This document shows positions 9,940 through 18,907 of a stretch of DNA of 64,000 nucleotides, piece after piece; within the stretch, counting starts at the first letter, position 1; the number at the start of each line of letters is the position of its first letter. Origin of the DNA: a phage; sequence record NC_103192.1. The stretch is one strand, 5' to 3'. A model generated the notes under the pieces. It was not told the origin of the DNA and searched no databases. It saw only the letters and a program-made list of their open reading frames with translations. The position numbers and the translations under genes are program-made.

Positions 9940-10311
9940 ATGTTAGTAAAAGGTACCCACACAGTCAAGCAACGTATTGAAGTTGAGATCGATGATTGTG
10001 AGCTGAAGCATATTTTGCGGTCATGCTCCAACGTTTTGCTCCTTAGTGTTCTCCAGGAGCGAGCGGAGAACGAGTTCTTAAATGCACTGGCAGGCCGTCC
10101 TGGTGACTTCTGTGTACGTAAACGTGGAAATAACAAACCGTGGCTATGGGAAATCGATGCCAGCTGGGATTACCACAAAAATGAGGGTATAGATGAGCCT
10201 ATTCGCGAACTGACTGAAAACGAAGTTCAGATGTACGAAGATGTTTGCCAGTGGGCAAAAAGTCAACAAACCTACCTTGATCCTTGGTGGATGATTGAAA
10301 ATAGTCGTTGA
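9940..10311 (+). CDS. hypothetical protein
   Basis: ATG after GAGGAGG RBS. Confidence 0.55.
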   Translation: MLVKGTHTVKQRIEVEIDDCELKHILRSCSNVLLLSVLQERAENEFLNALAGRPGDFCVRKRGNNKPWLWEIDASWDYHKNEGIDEPIRELTENEVQMYEDVCQWAKSQQTYLDPWWMIENSR

Positions 10312-10336
10312 CAACAGGTCGGGGTAGATGTAAGAT
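10308..10336 (+). promoter_or_regulatory. sigma70-like promoter (TTGACA-17-TAAGAT)
   Basis: Consensus -35 and 17-bp spacer; 26-bp upstream context nearly identical to promoter at 18908. Confidence 0.5.
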
Positions 10337-10387
10337 ACCCCACACAAACAGAGCGTTGATTTTTAAATAACTAAGGAGACTGCCAAG

Positions 10388-10642
10388 ATGAAAATTACTT
10401 TGAAGCCAGAATGCGTTGCAAATGACCTAGCTTTTAAGGATTGCACAGTCGGTGCAATTTATGAAGCAGAGTTTTGTGAGAACCCTCTGGTAAAAGCCCT
10501 TCTGGAAGAAGGGGCCCCTTTATCACAAGAAGAGATTGATGAGCTGGAAAACTCAGCCCAGTGCCTTACCTTTAAAGATGATGAAGGAGACTCTGTCTGG
10601 TGCACTGTTAATGAAGTAGTTTTTGTAAAACCTGAGCATTAA
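10388..10642 (+). CDS. hypothetical protein (tandem paralog pair, AFxDCT...GDxVxCT)
   Basis: RBS AAGGAGA; paralogous to 10706..10966. Confidence 0.6.
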   Translation: MKITLKPECVANDLAFKDCTVGAIYEAEFCENPLVKALLEEGAPLSQEEIDELENSAQCLTFKDDEGDSVWCTVNEVVFVKPEH

Positions 10643-10645
10643 TAC

Positions 10646-10674
10646 TTGACAACATCGATAGGGCCTAATACAAT
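10646..10674 (+). promoter_or_regulatory. sigma70-like promoter (TTGACA-17-TACAAT)
   Basis: Consensus hexamers, 17-bp spacer. Confidence 0.5.
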
Positions 10675-10705
10675 GGCTCTATCAAAACGGAAGGGGACCA
10701 CAGCA

Positions 10706-10966
10706 ATGACCAAACAATATCAACGAATTAAAGCCAAGGTTAAGCCAGACTACTTGGAGAAGGACTCTGCTTTTCGGGACTGCACCGCAGACAAAGTTTA
10801 CACAGGTGCTGTTCTGTTAAACGATGAATTTGAAGTGGATGTTCTTGGCAAAGAGGCCGTTATCGAAGATGACAACGGGGACTGTGTTTTCTGCACCACC
10901 CGTGAGCTGGAAGTCTTAGAATACTTCGGTGAAATCTTCAACTCATTAGATGACGAGGAAGTGTGA
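10706..10966 (+). CDS. hypothetical protein (tandem paralog pair)
   Basis: Start at internal ATG with GGAAGGGG RBS (track ORF begins 10646 inside promoter). Confidence 0.55.
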   Translation: MTKQYQRIKAKVKPDYLEKDSAFRDCTADKVYTGAVLLNDEFEVDVLGKEAVIEDDNGDCVFCTTRELEVLEYFGEIFNSLDDEEV

Positions 10967-11367
10967 TGAAAAACATTTGGGATATTAGTATCTTTGAAGC
11001 CTCTGAGCTTGACGGTGCCGATGGGGTTATTATAGTTTCTGATGGAAAGGCAACATTGACCTCTGGACTGACCTATGAGGACACTACCTACGCATTGGGC
11101 GATCTTGCCTTGTTGAAATCAACAGGTGACTCTCTGGAAGAACGTCTGCAAGGATTTGCCTTTAAAGAAGGCACAAGCACCACACTGATGTGCACTACAC
11201 GCACTGTTCAGTTGGGCAACGGGGTCTATATGGTCATTGCTGTGTGCCCCAAATTCAGCAACATTAATAAAGATGATGCTGACGCTGTCAACGACGTGGT
11301 TGTCCTCTTCGTTGGTGACGCTATGGCAGATCTGATGAATGCAGGAGAAGCAGCAAATGAAGACTGA
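10963..11367 (+). CDS. hypothetical protein
   Basis: 134-aa ORF, coupled start. Confidence 0.5.
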   Translation: MMKNIWDISIFEASELDGADGVIIVSDGKATLTSGLTYEDTTYALGDLALLKSTGDSLEERLQGFAFKEGTSTTLMCTTRTVQLGNGVYMVIAVCPKFSNINKDDADAVNDVVVLFVGDAMADLMNAGEAANED

Positions 11368-11659
11368 AAACATCAACCCAACAGGATTCTTGAAAGTATA
11401 CCGTGAACTGCTATATACTACAGAGGACAGTGTTCTAGAGTACCCAGAATACCTTTTGCTGTATAAGTATCTACAGGAAGCTGGTGAAAATCTACCAGTT
11501 AGTGCAGAAGGCGGTCCAAACTGGGTCTACAGCGCATGGAGAAAGGTTGACATTCTCCCAGATCCAGGAAAAGATATGGTAGTTTGGCAGCTTATCAACA
11601 ACATCGGGATTCCAATCTTCGACGAAGCTGTTAAAATCTATTTTGAACTTGACGATTAA
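11357..11659 (+). CDS. hypothetical protein
   Basis: ATG after AGGAGA RBS. Confidence 0.5.
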   Translation: MKTENINPTGFLKVYRELLYTTEDSVLEYPEYLLLYKYLQEAGENLPVSAEGGPNWVYSAWRKVDILPDPGKDMVVWQLINNIGIPIFDEAVKIYFELDD

Positions 11660-11676
11660 TATCAGGAGACCTTAAG

Positions 11677-11922
11677 ATGACTGAAGTAGTTGCTCGCGCA
11701 GGACAGAAAGTACGTTGTGTTGAAGTGGGTTTTGGTGGCAAAGGGTGTCAAAACTTGACTCAAGGTAAGGAATACACTGTTGTTTCTGGCGGTGGTGACA
11801 AAAGTATTGTGTTCGATGACCATATTCTGGATGTTGAAAACTTTGAAATAATTGATGATGATGGTGATCCGATCACCTGCCTGCTGGACGGGAATTGGGG
11901 AACTTTTGAAGTGATTGGCTAA
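11677..11922 (+). CDS. hypothetical protein
   Basis: RBS CAGGAGA. Confidence 0.55.
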   Translation: MTEVVARAGQKVRCVEVGFGGKGCQNLTQGKEYTVVSGGGDKSIVFDDHILDVENFEIIDDDGDPITCLLDGNWGTFEVIG

Positions 11923-12005
11923 CAAATACCTATTGTAATTTGCAGAAGGGGATGCTAAAATAGTGTCTCCTTCTATGTTGTTCAAATAAAATCGGAGATT
12001 CCATA

Positions 12006-12371
12006 ATGGAACAAATGAACGATCAAACGTCGGTTGCGATGAACGAGCAAGAACAACCTCAAGAATTTTTCTTAGGGTTAAGTAAAGATCAAGTGTCTCT
12101 TCTGCTAGTGCTTTCTTCTTTCATGGGAAGACTTCAGGAGCTTACACAACAGCCAGAGGCTGAACAATTATTCCAGGCGCTGCGTGAAGAAGAAAAATAT
12201 CGTCGTTTGGACTATGCCTTAGGTTGGGTAGCTCAACAACGAGATATGCTGATGGCCCTCTCTGGGACCACAAGTTTTGCAATGGGCCTGTTGGCTCAAG
12301 TTCAGGACAAATTAATTCAAGCAGGGTTTGCACACACAGCAAACACCAACGAAGAACAAGGAGACAAATAA
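12006..12371 (+). CDS. hypothetical protein
   Basis: RBS GGAGA. Confidence 0.55.
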   Translation: MEQMNDQTSVAMNEQEQPQEFFLGLSKDQVSLLLVLSSFMGRLQELTQQPEAEQLFQALREEEKYRRLDYALGWVAQQRDMLMALSGTTSFAMGLLAQVQDKLIQAGFAHTANTNEEQGDK

Positions 12372-13639
12372 TGAGTGTTATTCAACAATTTGCCAACCCG
12401 ATGAATCCGCGTGAGACTGTTTTACTGGCTCACGGCATGATTAAACGTGTTAGCATCAAGCCTATCAAAGGTGCTGATCCTACAACAGGTATTAAAACCA
12501 CTGTGTGGCAAGGTAAGAAAATTGAATCCAGCCACACCATTTCTTTACTGATTTCTGAACTGGATTCCTCTGATAACCTGCTTCAAGGTGGTGAAGAAGT
12601 CTGGATCAGCATGGGTGATAAGCTGCTTAAGCCTGGTCATCAAGACTCCGTCTCTGTTAAAATTGATGACAAGTGGGAAACAGTAACGCCAGGATGGATC
12701 GTAAATATCCCTTTAAAGGCAAATGAGCATAACGGTAAGACCTACTACAAAGGCTCACTGGCTAAAATGGTTAAGTTGGGGGCAGGAGAGGCTCCAGCAG
12801 CGACTCAGCAGCAAAAACAGCAACAAGGTGCACAATCACAAGGTCAGAAGCAGAAACCTCAGCAGAATGCCAATCAGGACGTTTTACGCATCTATGGCGA
12901 TGTGACTCAGATTGTTGGCAACGTGGTTACTGTTAATGACCACAAGATTGGCGAAGGTGCCATGGTTGTCACTGATGAGCAGCTTAAAGATCTGGTGGTA
13001 GGTGGTCGTGTTGCAGCCATTGTTGACAAAGACACCGGAAACATTATCAGTGGTTTCAAAGCCTATCCACCTAAGGCAGAGAACGGCACTCAAGGCTCTG
13101 GTGGCAAGCGTAAATCCTCTTACGACCCTATTGGTGTAGAGACGGGGCACAGCATTAATGCGTTGCAGATCATCTTGGATCGCGGGTTTAAGGTAGACAA
13201 TCCTTTAGACGTAGCTAAAACACTACACGTGGTCACCATTGAGCTTAAGAAAGAGTACGCTCAAGCCACCAACCGAACCGAAGATGAAGTGGGTGCCAGT
13301 GTCGGTAATGCGGTGTTGAACGCTTGTCGCCGTATTGACAAGAAAACGAAAGTTGATGATTTTGCAGCGGCAATTACTGCAGAAGCAAAAGATGTCTTGA
13401 CTAATCTGGCTGAGCCGTTGTACGATTGGATCAAGAACGGTGCTGGAGCCACTGACCATCAAGAGCCTCAAGCTGCCAAACAGGAAGCCACCCCACAGCA
13501 AAACACTGTAGACGCTCCTCCTGTAGATGATGCGGAAGACGACCCGATGGATCAGAATCCGGCACAGTATGAGTTCGATGACATACCTTTCGCTCCGGTG
13601 GGTTTGCAATATGGCAAAAGTAGAATCCACGCATTGTAA
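12371..13639 (+). CDS. single-stranded DNA-binding protein-like (Gln-rich linker and acidic DDIPF tip)
   Basis: Q-rich low-complexity linker followed by acidic tail ...[22 protein letters not shown] resembling bacterial SSB C-terminus; ORF continues 15 codons past IPF. Confidence 0.6.
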   Translation: MSVIQQFANPMNPRETVLLAHGMIKRVSIKPIKGADPTTGIKTTVWQGKKIESSHTISLLISELDSSDNLLQGGEEVWISMGDKLLKPGHQDSVSVKIDDKWETVTPGWIVNIPLKANEHNGKTYYKGSLAKMVKLGAGEAPAATQQQKQQQGAQSQGQKQKPQQNANQDVLRIYGDVTQIVGNVVTVNDHKIGEGAMVVTDEQLKDLVVGGRVAAIVDKDTGNIISGFKAYPPKAENGTQGSGGKRKSSYDPIGVETGHSINALQIILDRGFKVDNPLDVAKTLHVVTIELKKEYAQATNRTEDEVGASVGNAVLNACRRIDKKTKVDDFAAAITAEAKDVLTNLAEPLYDWIKNGAGATDHQEPQAAKQEATPQQNTVDAPPVDDAEDDPMDQNPAQYEFDDIPFAPVGLQYGKSRIHAL

Positions 13640-14234
13640 GAGGTGCATCAAGTGTGGAGAGGTGAAAAACCTCTCCGAGTTCTACAAACATCCAAAGATG
13701 TCTGACGGTCATCTTAATAAGTGCAAAGAGTGTTGCAAGAAGGCCAGCAGGGAGGCTGACCAATTTTCCCACGACTCTTCAGAAAAAGGTGTGATCCGCG
13801 TGTTGTACAAGACTCAAAAGTGCAACAGTAAGAAGAGAGGTCACCCACCTCCGACTTACACCAAAAAAGAGTTTAAGGAGTGGCTATACCTAAACGGTTA
13901 CAAAGAGTTGTATGACCAATGGGTAGCCAGCGGATACGACAAAAGGAAAAAGCCTTCTTGTGACAGGATAGATGATTTCAAAGGGTACTCTTTTGATAAT
14001 ATCCGTTTAACGACTTGGGGAGAAAATAAAGACAAGCAGACAGAGGATATTCTGTTACATAGAAGCACCAGCGGTAGACGGTGTAAAAATGTAAGGAGGC
14101 TGGACATGAATGGCAACGTTCTTAAAGAATGGGTATCCCACAATTCTTGTAGAAGAGAAACCGGAATATGTGTTGATTACTACATTCATGAAAAAATTCC
14201 AGCCCCAGATGGATACCTCTACGAATACTTTTAG
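13611..14234 (+). CDS. putative HNH homing endonuclease with N-terminal zinc finger
   Basis: [18 protein letters not shown]...CKECCK N-terminal Cys cluster; [25 protein letters not shown] resembles HNH IDRID..GY..N motif. Confidence 0.55.
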   Translation: MAKVESTHCKRCIKCGEVKNLSEFYKHPKMSDGHLNKCKECCKKASREADQFSHDSSEKGVIRVLYKTQKCNSKKRGHPPPTYTKKEFKEWLYLNGYKELYDQWVASGYDKRKKPSCDRIDDFKGYSFDNIRLTTWGENKDKQTEDILLHRSTSGRRCKNVRRLDMNGNVLKEWVSHNSCRRETGICVDYYIHEKIPAPDGYLYEYF

Positions 14235-14250
14235 CACCTAACTAACATAG

Positions 14251-14278
14251 CCCTGCCCGAAAGGGTGGGGCATTTTTG
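14251..14278 (+). terminator. rho-independent terminator (identical hairpin to 2172)
   Basis: ccctgcccgaaagggtgggg + CATTTTTG. Confidence 0.6.
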
Positions 14279-14296
14279 TATAAGGAGATCTGAAAA

Positions 14297-14713
14297 ATGA
14301 CATTAGAAGATATCATTGTTAAACCTGAGAACTATGACCAATACAACCTGTCAACTCAATCTGTAGACCTCGGATGCGCCACAGTCAGTGCATGGCTGGT
14401 TAACGGAAAAGAGCTTGACGAGTGCCTGGAAGCTCACATGTCTATTAACAAGTTTCTGGATGAAAATACTCACTGGCTTGAGGGTGCAGGAGTATATGCT
14501 TCATGGTTGGAAAGTATGGGATTCGACTACCAATCTGAAGAAGGGTGGTGGAGCTATTTAGCTATCTGCCCAGAGACGCTGCAATGCTTCATGAAATATT
14601 CTGAAGATTTGGAGTACCGGGCGGTGGTTGATAGTGCTATTGCCCGTTATAGCCGTAAACCTTTTTCCCACGACATTAAAACTGTGGAAGAATTTGTTGA
14701 AGTTTTCTGTTGA
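14297..14713 (+). CDS. hypothetical protein
   Basis: RBS AAGGAGA. Confidence 0.6.
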   Translation: MTLEDIIVKPENYDQYNLSTQSVDLGCATVSAWLVNGKELDECLEAHMSINKFLDENTHWLEGAGVYASWLESMGFDYQSEEGWWSYLAICPETLQCFMKYSEDLEYRAVVDSAIARYSRKPFSHDIKTVEEFVEVFC

Positions 14714-14809
14714 CACAGGTTGGAAGGTGTGTAATTATAACCTTGTAGAGCTGGAGGACGTGATGAACGAAGAAAACTGGGATGTATAACTAACAGGAGG
14801 CCACTGCCC

Positions 14810-15007
14810 ATGATTTATCGAATCCGTGTAAGAGAAGATGCACCAGGCTGTTACTTTGACTGGCGTGGGTGGTGGTTTCTCCACCCAATGGATGGACTCA
14901 CAGATAGAATGCTAGATGCTGCCCTTTACACAGATACTGACATAGAGTATAATCTTTACTTGAAGGATGGTATCGATAACGGCCTGTTTGAAGCAATTCC
15001 TGCGTAA
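14810..15007 (+). CDS. hypothetical protein
   Basis: RBS CAGGAGG. Confidence 0.5.
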   Translation: MIYRIRVREDAPGCYFDWRGWWFLHPMDGLTDRMLDAALYTDTDIEYNLYLKDGIDNGLFEAIPA

Positions 15008-15075
15008 GAGAATGTGATCGCCATGTTTTATGATCTCCCTGTAGCACCACCACCTGTTGAACCTGGAGAACCAAG

Positions 15076-15501
15076 ATGATTTATGAAATGCCAAAACTGA
15101 TTCGTGACGATGCACGAAACGCCCACACCTTTATTATGGGCAAGCGCATGGATATTATTTGCCACAAAGATTTCTGGGAAGGGAGCTACTTCACAGAATA
15201 TTTTGGAAAAATGGATGATGGCCTACTGATCCAGTTCTACACCGATGCGGAAAACAACATTAATTGGGAGTTCGAGACCGAAGATATCCATAAACTTTTC
15301 ACCTTCCTCAATATTAAGGTTAAGGCCAAGTTTGAAGAGGGTGAGTGCGACGATTGTGGATTTTATGAGGTAACAGATTTCTATCTTCCTAGTGGTAAAA
15401 ACCTTTACTATGAAAGCCACTTCGGTAACTCCAATATGCCACAGTGCTGGACTGAGTTTTTTGAAGTTGTGGAAGAGGAGCTGGAATATCGTGATTATTG
15501 A
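15076..15501 (+). CDS. hypothetical protein
   Basis: 141-aa ORF. Confidence 0.55.
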   Translation: MIYEMPKLIRDDARNAHTFIMGKRMDIICHKDFWEGSYFTEYFGKMDDGLLIQFYTDAENNINWEFETEDIHKLFTFLNIKVKAKFEEGECDDCGFYEVTDFYLPSGKNLYYESHFGNSNMPQCWTEFFEVVEEELEYRDY

Positions 15502-15949
15502 TACTGTAGAGGGAGATTTAATCTCCCTTTTTAAGAGCGGTGCTGGTCACCTGATCCACGGTTGTAACTGCTTCCACACAATGGGTAAGGGGATAGCAAA
15601 ACAGATTGCCCGTGAGTTCCCTCAAGCATTGGCAGCTGACAAAGAGACCAGATATGGTTGCCTAAGTAAACTGGGTGCGTTCTCCCGCTGGGAGCACTTA
15701 TCTCCGAGAGGTATTGTCTACGGAATCAATCTGTATACTCAGTTCTACCCAGGACCTAATGCTGAATATTTCTCAATCCTGAAAGGCTTTGAGCTAGTCA
15801 ATAAGGTATTCAGTGGATCGACTTTACCATTCTACATCCCTAAGATCGGGTGCGGCATAGGCGGTTTGAAGTGGGAGCACGTAGAGGACGTTATTAACCT
15901 TGCCACTTTTGATATAGATATTATCGTGGTGGAGTACAAAGAGTGTTGA
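15491..15949 (+). CDS. macro-domain protein (ADP-ribose binding/processing-like)
   Basis: Pattern IIDTVEGDL...AGHLIHGCNCFHTMGKGIAKQIAREFP resembles the macro-domain N-terminal core (V.GDI...AIVNAAN...GGGV); GTG start overlapping upstream stop after GAGGAG. Confidence 0.6.
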   Translation: MIIDTVEGDLISLFKSGAGHLIHGCNCFHTMGKGIAKQIAREFPQALAADKETRYGCLSKLGAFSRWEHLSPRGIVYGINLYTQFYPGPNAEYFSILKGFELVNKVFSGSTLPFYIPKIGCGIGGLKWEHVEDVINLATFDIDIIVVEYKEC

Positions 15950-15974
15950 CAGATATATTTTAAGGTGGTATAGT
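15946..15974 (+). promoter_or_regulatory. sigma70-like promoter (TTGACA-17-TATAGT)
   Basis: Consensus -35, 17-bp spacer. Confidence 0.5.
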
Positions 15975-16003
15975 CACCACAACGATTAAGACAGAGGAGC
16001 ACT

Positions 16004-16198
16004 ATGGAGACTAAAATCTTAATTCTAGCTGTGATAGATACAACAGAAGGAGCCATGTTTGAATCTGCAGGAGGGTATTTCTACCTGCCCTACGGAAAAA
16101 GAACTTCCGAGCCGAGTAAAGATTCAATCCTCAAAGTGTTCCCGTGTGCTTTCTGGCTGGAGATTCTGGTAGAAGATTGCAGAGGACTAGGGAGATAA
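16004..16198 (+). CDS. hypothetical protein
   Basis: RBS AGAGGAG. Confidence 0.5.
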   Translation: METKILILAVIDTTEGAMFESAGGYFYLPYGKRTSEPSKDSILKVFPCAFWLEILVEDCRGLGR

Positions 16199-16200
16199 TT

Positions 16201-16395
16201 ATGAGAAACAAGAAAGAGCTTTACTCTGGTGAGTGGATAAACGATCAACAGGTAGGAGAGGTAACCTGCTTCCGGTGCTTTACTCGGTACAATCTTAAAA
16301 CTGCACCAAAAAGTGTTCCAAAGACTGATGGTTATTACATAAAAGAACCTCATTGCCCAAAATGTAAATGCCGATTGTACTGGAGCAATCTGTAA
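16201..16395 (+). CDS. hypothetical zinc-ribbon protein
   Basis: CFRC...CPKCKC Cys pairs; RBS GGGAGA. Confidence 0.5.
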   Translation: MRNKKELYSGEWINDQQVGEVTCFRCFTRYNLKTAPKSVPKTDGYYIKEPHCPKCKCRLYWSNL

Positions 16396-16399
16396 GAGG

Positions 16400-16427
16400 T
16401 TGACATCTGAAAACTGTAGTGTATAAT
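16400..16427 (+). promoter_or_regulatory. sigma70-like promoter (TTGACA-16-TATAAT)
   Basis: Perfect hexamers. Confidence 0.55.
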
Positions 16428-16458
16428 ATACGCATAAACTAACAGAGAGTGATGTATT

Positions 16459-16650
16459 ATGGTAATTTTTAACCGAGATGGTATCATAGTTAGACAGCAC
16501 CCGTTCCTTGAATACTATCAAATTGAGCAATGGTGTTATGGTGATTGCAGCCATTCTTATGGGCAAAGTTGGGGATATCGTACAGTTTTTGAATCAACAG
16601 ACATTGATAAGGTAAGACAGAAAGTTTTAGAACTTATTAACAACAAGTGA
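16459..16650 (+). CDS. hypothetical protein
   Basis: 63-aa ORF. Confidence 0.5.
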   Translation: MVIFNRDGIIVRQHPFLEYYQIEQWCYGDCSHSYGQSWGYRTVFESTDIDKVRQKVLELINNK

Positions 16651-16657
16651 GTATGAT

Positions 16658-16990
16658 ATGGTAACATTAGAAAGACGTAAAGCTATCGCCGCCACACTGG
16701 CAGACATCTTTTGGGATTGCAACTTAAAAGATACCCGAAATTGTGGCGCATCTGTAGATGTATTATTCCCACGGCCCACCATTGTTGCAATGGGAAACCT
16801 GTTAAACGTGGTGTACGGAGCATGGGACAAAGAAGGTGGATTCTATATCTGGCAACCTGACTACGGGGCCTGGAAAGAGGTAAGGGGTGCGGATGACTTT
16901 GGGCCTACAGTTGCTAAGATGGATGGCTGGGAAATTTATGTTGGAAATGACATGAAGCTGAAAGGCGAGATTGTTTACTGGCTACCTTAA
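16658..16990 (+). CDS. hypothetical protein
   Basis: 110-aa ORF. Confidence 0.55.
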   Translation: MVTLERRKAIAATLADIFWDCNLKDTRNCGASVDVLFPRPTIVAMGNLLNVVYGAWDKEGGFYIWQPDYGAWKEVRGADDFGPTVAKMDGWEIYVGNDMKLKGEIVYWLP

Positions 16991-16999
16991 GGGTAAAGT

Positions 17000-17245
17000 A
17001 TGAACACAGAGTGGACATTTGTAGACGGCGTTAAAAACATGCCTCTTGGAAAGTATATCGTAGCCATGGCTGATAAGGATGGCAATGTGGATTTCGGAGC
17101 TTGCGAGGTTGTTCTTGCAGGATCTGGTAACTATGTGGACAAAACCGGGATAATTAACGGTCAGTTCTACTTTGATCACAACCCTGTTGTAGCGTATATG
17201 GCTATGCCAGAGTTTAAGTTCCCAAAGGAGGGTGCTGATGTTTAA
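17000..17245 (+). CDS. hypothetical protein
   Basis: 81-aa ORF. Confidence 0.55.
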   Translation: MNTEWTFVDGVKNMPLGKYIVAMADKDGNVDFGACEVVLAGSGNYVDKTGIINGQFYFDHNPVVAYMAMPEFKFPKEGADV

Positions 17246-17435
17246 GCTTAAATCCGCATGGAACATTGCTGTGGGTGATGAGATCCGTATCCCAGGGGGA
17301 AAGACCATTATGAAGATATCTCGTATCGAGTACGAAGGTGATCGTGTATTTCATATCTTTGCAGAAGATGGTCGAGAAATTTATATACAGGCAGGCTCTC
17401 ACATCTATATTCGTAAGAAAGGGGACGACAAATGA
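17238..17435 (+). CDS. hypothetical protein
   Basis: ATG after AAGGAGG RBS. Confidence 0.5.
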   Translation: MFKLKSAWNIAVGDEIRIPGGKTIMKISRIEYEGDRVFHIFAEDGREIYIQAGSHIYIRKKGDDK

Positions 17436-17761
17436 CAGAGATCATCGTTTCAACTGCAGGGTATGTATTCCTGACAATCATTGCACTGACTATTTTGGTG
17501 ACAGTGTATGGGTTTGTTATCCTTCCTATCCTTGAGACATTTAGTTTGTGTCGGTGTTGGAGAAAAGCTTACGGTCCACAACCATGGAAGGACTGGCCCC
17601 ACCTGGTGCGCTTAGCGTTCTCTTATGCTTACGATCACTCCAGCAGTGCATGCATAACCGGATACCACGCCCACAACTGGAGCTGGGAAGGGTTGAGGAA
17701 ATGGAATGTTACAAAGACCATACCTCTGCGCATGTACAAACCTAAAAACAAAGACAGCTGA
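17432..17761 (+). CDS. hypothetical membrane protein
   Basis: Hydrophobic N-terminal segment VFLTIIALTILVTVYGFVILPIL. Confidence 0.55.
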   Translation: MTEIIVSTAGYVFLTIIALTILVTVYGFVILPILETFSLCRCWRKAYGPQPWKDWPHLVRLAFSYAYDHSSSACITGYHAHNWSWEGLRKWNVTKTIPLRMYKPKNKDS

Positions 17762-18061
17762 TACTTGAAAATTCCTGGCATATCAAGTATAAGGGGGATT
17801 TCTAAAATGGATTTCCTCCTTTTGATATTTCACCAGGCTGGATATTTTAAAATCCTTAGAAAATCAGAAAATGGATCGAAAACTAAAATGGATTTTTTCA
17901 AGACAGGCACGATAAGCTGCGCTGCTCATTCTATCATTCGCACCGTACTTCAAATCACAGTTCCAGATTTTCCACACACACTCTCGCCCATCTAACAGGA
18001 CTTTCCCAACTTACCTTCGACCTTTTATGACAATAAGTTAATTATTATCAGTAAGTTTTGA

Positions 18062-18250
18062 TACATCTCTCTCAGTACTCGATCTGTTTTTCATTTCAAA
18101 GATTGGATTTTCTGAAAATTTTTCTCGATAAATTTCTCAGTACTCGATCTGTTTTTCGTTTTCTGAATTGGATTTTCTGGAAATCGTTCCAGCTCTCGAC
18201 CTGAAATTTTTGGGGACGAAATCGATTTTTCGTTTTCAGAAATGGATTTT
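18062..18250. repeat. tandem iteron-like repeats (about 65-bp unit with TTGGATTTTCTG and CTCAGTACTCGATCTGTTTTTC cores)
   Basis: tctcagtactcgatctgtttttc at 18070 and 18137; (a)ttggattttctg(a/g)aaa at 18101 and 18167; further aaatggatt copies at 17806-17890 and 18241. Confidence 0.5.
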
Positions 18251-18363
18251 TAAAATTTCTATATGGGAATATTTTAGTGGATACTATTTTATAGGAAATT
18301 GTTACGGAGGGTAATTAGCATGCTAACTAAATTTATTAAATGCGAAAAGTTCTCATTTAGAAT

Positions 18364-18557
18364 TTTGAATGATAATCATTCTCGTTTGCAGAATAACGGG
18401 CACCCCCGGTGATTGTCTCCCGGCCCCTGTTGCCCCGGCTTGTTATTATAGTATCACACAGGACAAAGAAAGCAAAGACTTTTTGCATAAATTTTTAAAT
18501 GATAATGATAACCGTTCTCATTTTATGCAGCGCCCATCCCCGGTGGTTGTCTCCCCC
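18364..18557. repeat. two direct copies of about 62-bp element ending CCCCGGTG(A/G)TTGTCTCCC
   Basis: 18364..18425 and 18494..18557 align (tt.aatgataat.at...ctc.tt..gcag...cccc.ccggtg.ttgtctccc); inverted third copy at 27746. Confidence 0.5.
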
Positions 18558-18907
18558 GTCACCGGTGCCTGCCGTCCTTTCGATAGGTATATTGTGCCAC
18601 CTGGCGGGGCCGCTGTCAACACTTTTCAAAAAAAAAAAATTCTAACCTGATGCGCTAACCGTTGCAACCTGGCGGGGCCAGCCTGGCAGGTCCGCGCTAT
18701 AAAGTAAGCAGCTACAGAAGAGGTACAAAAATGAAAAGTAATATAATCCCCTGGAAAATGTAGCGATCAATGCCGCTGAAGTTATCGCCCTGGTTGAAAA
18801 GGCTATGGCGGGAGCGTTGGAACATAAAGAAGAGTACGAAAAAATGGTGGTTAACCTGGCGGGGGGCGGCAGGTGGATTCTATCATAAAAATAATTTAAA
18901 ATAGTCG

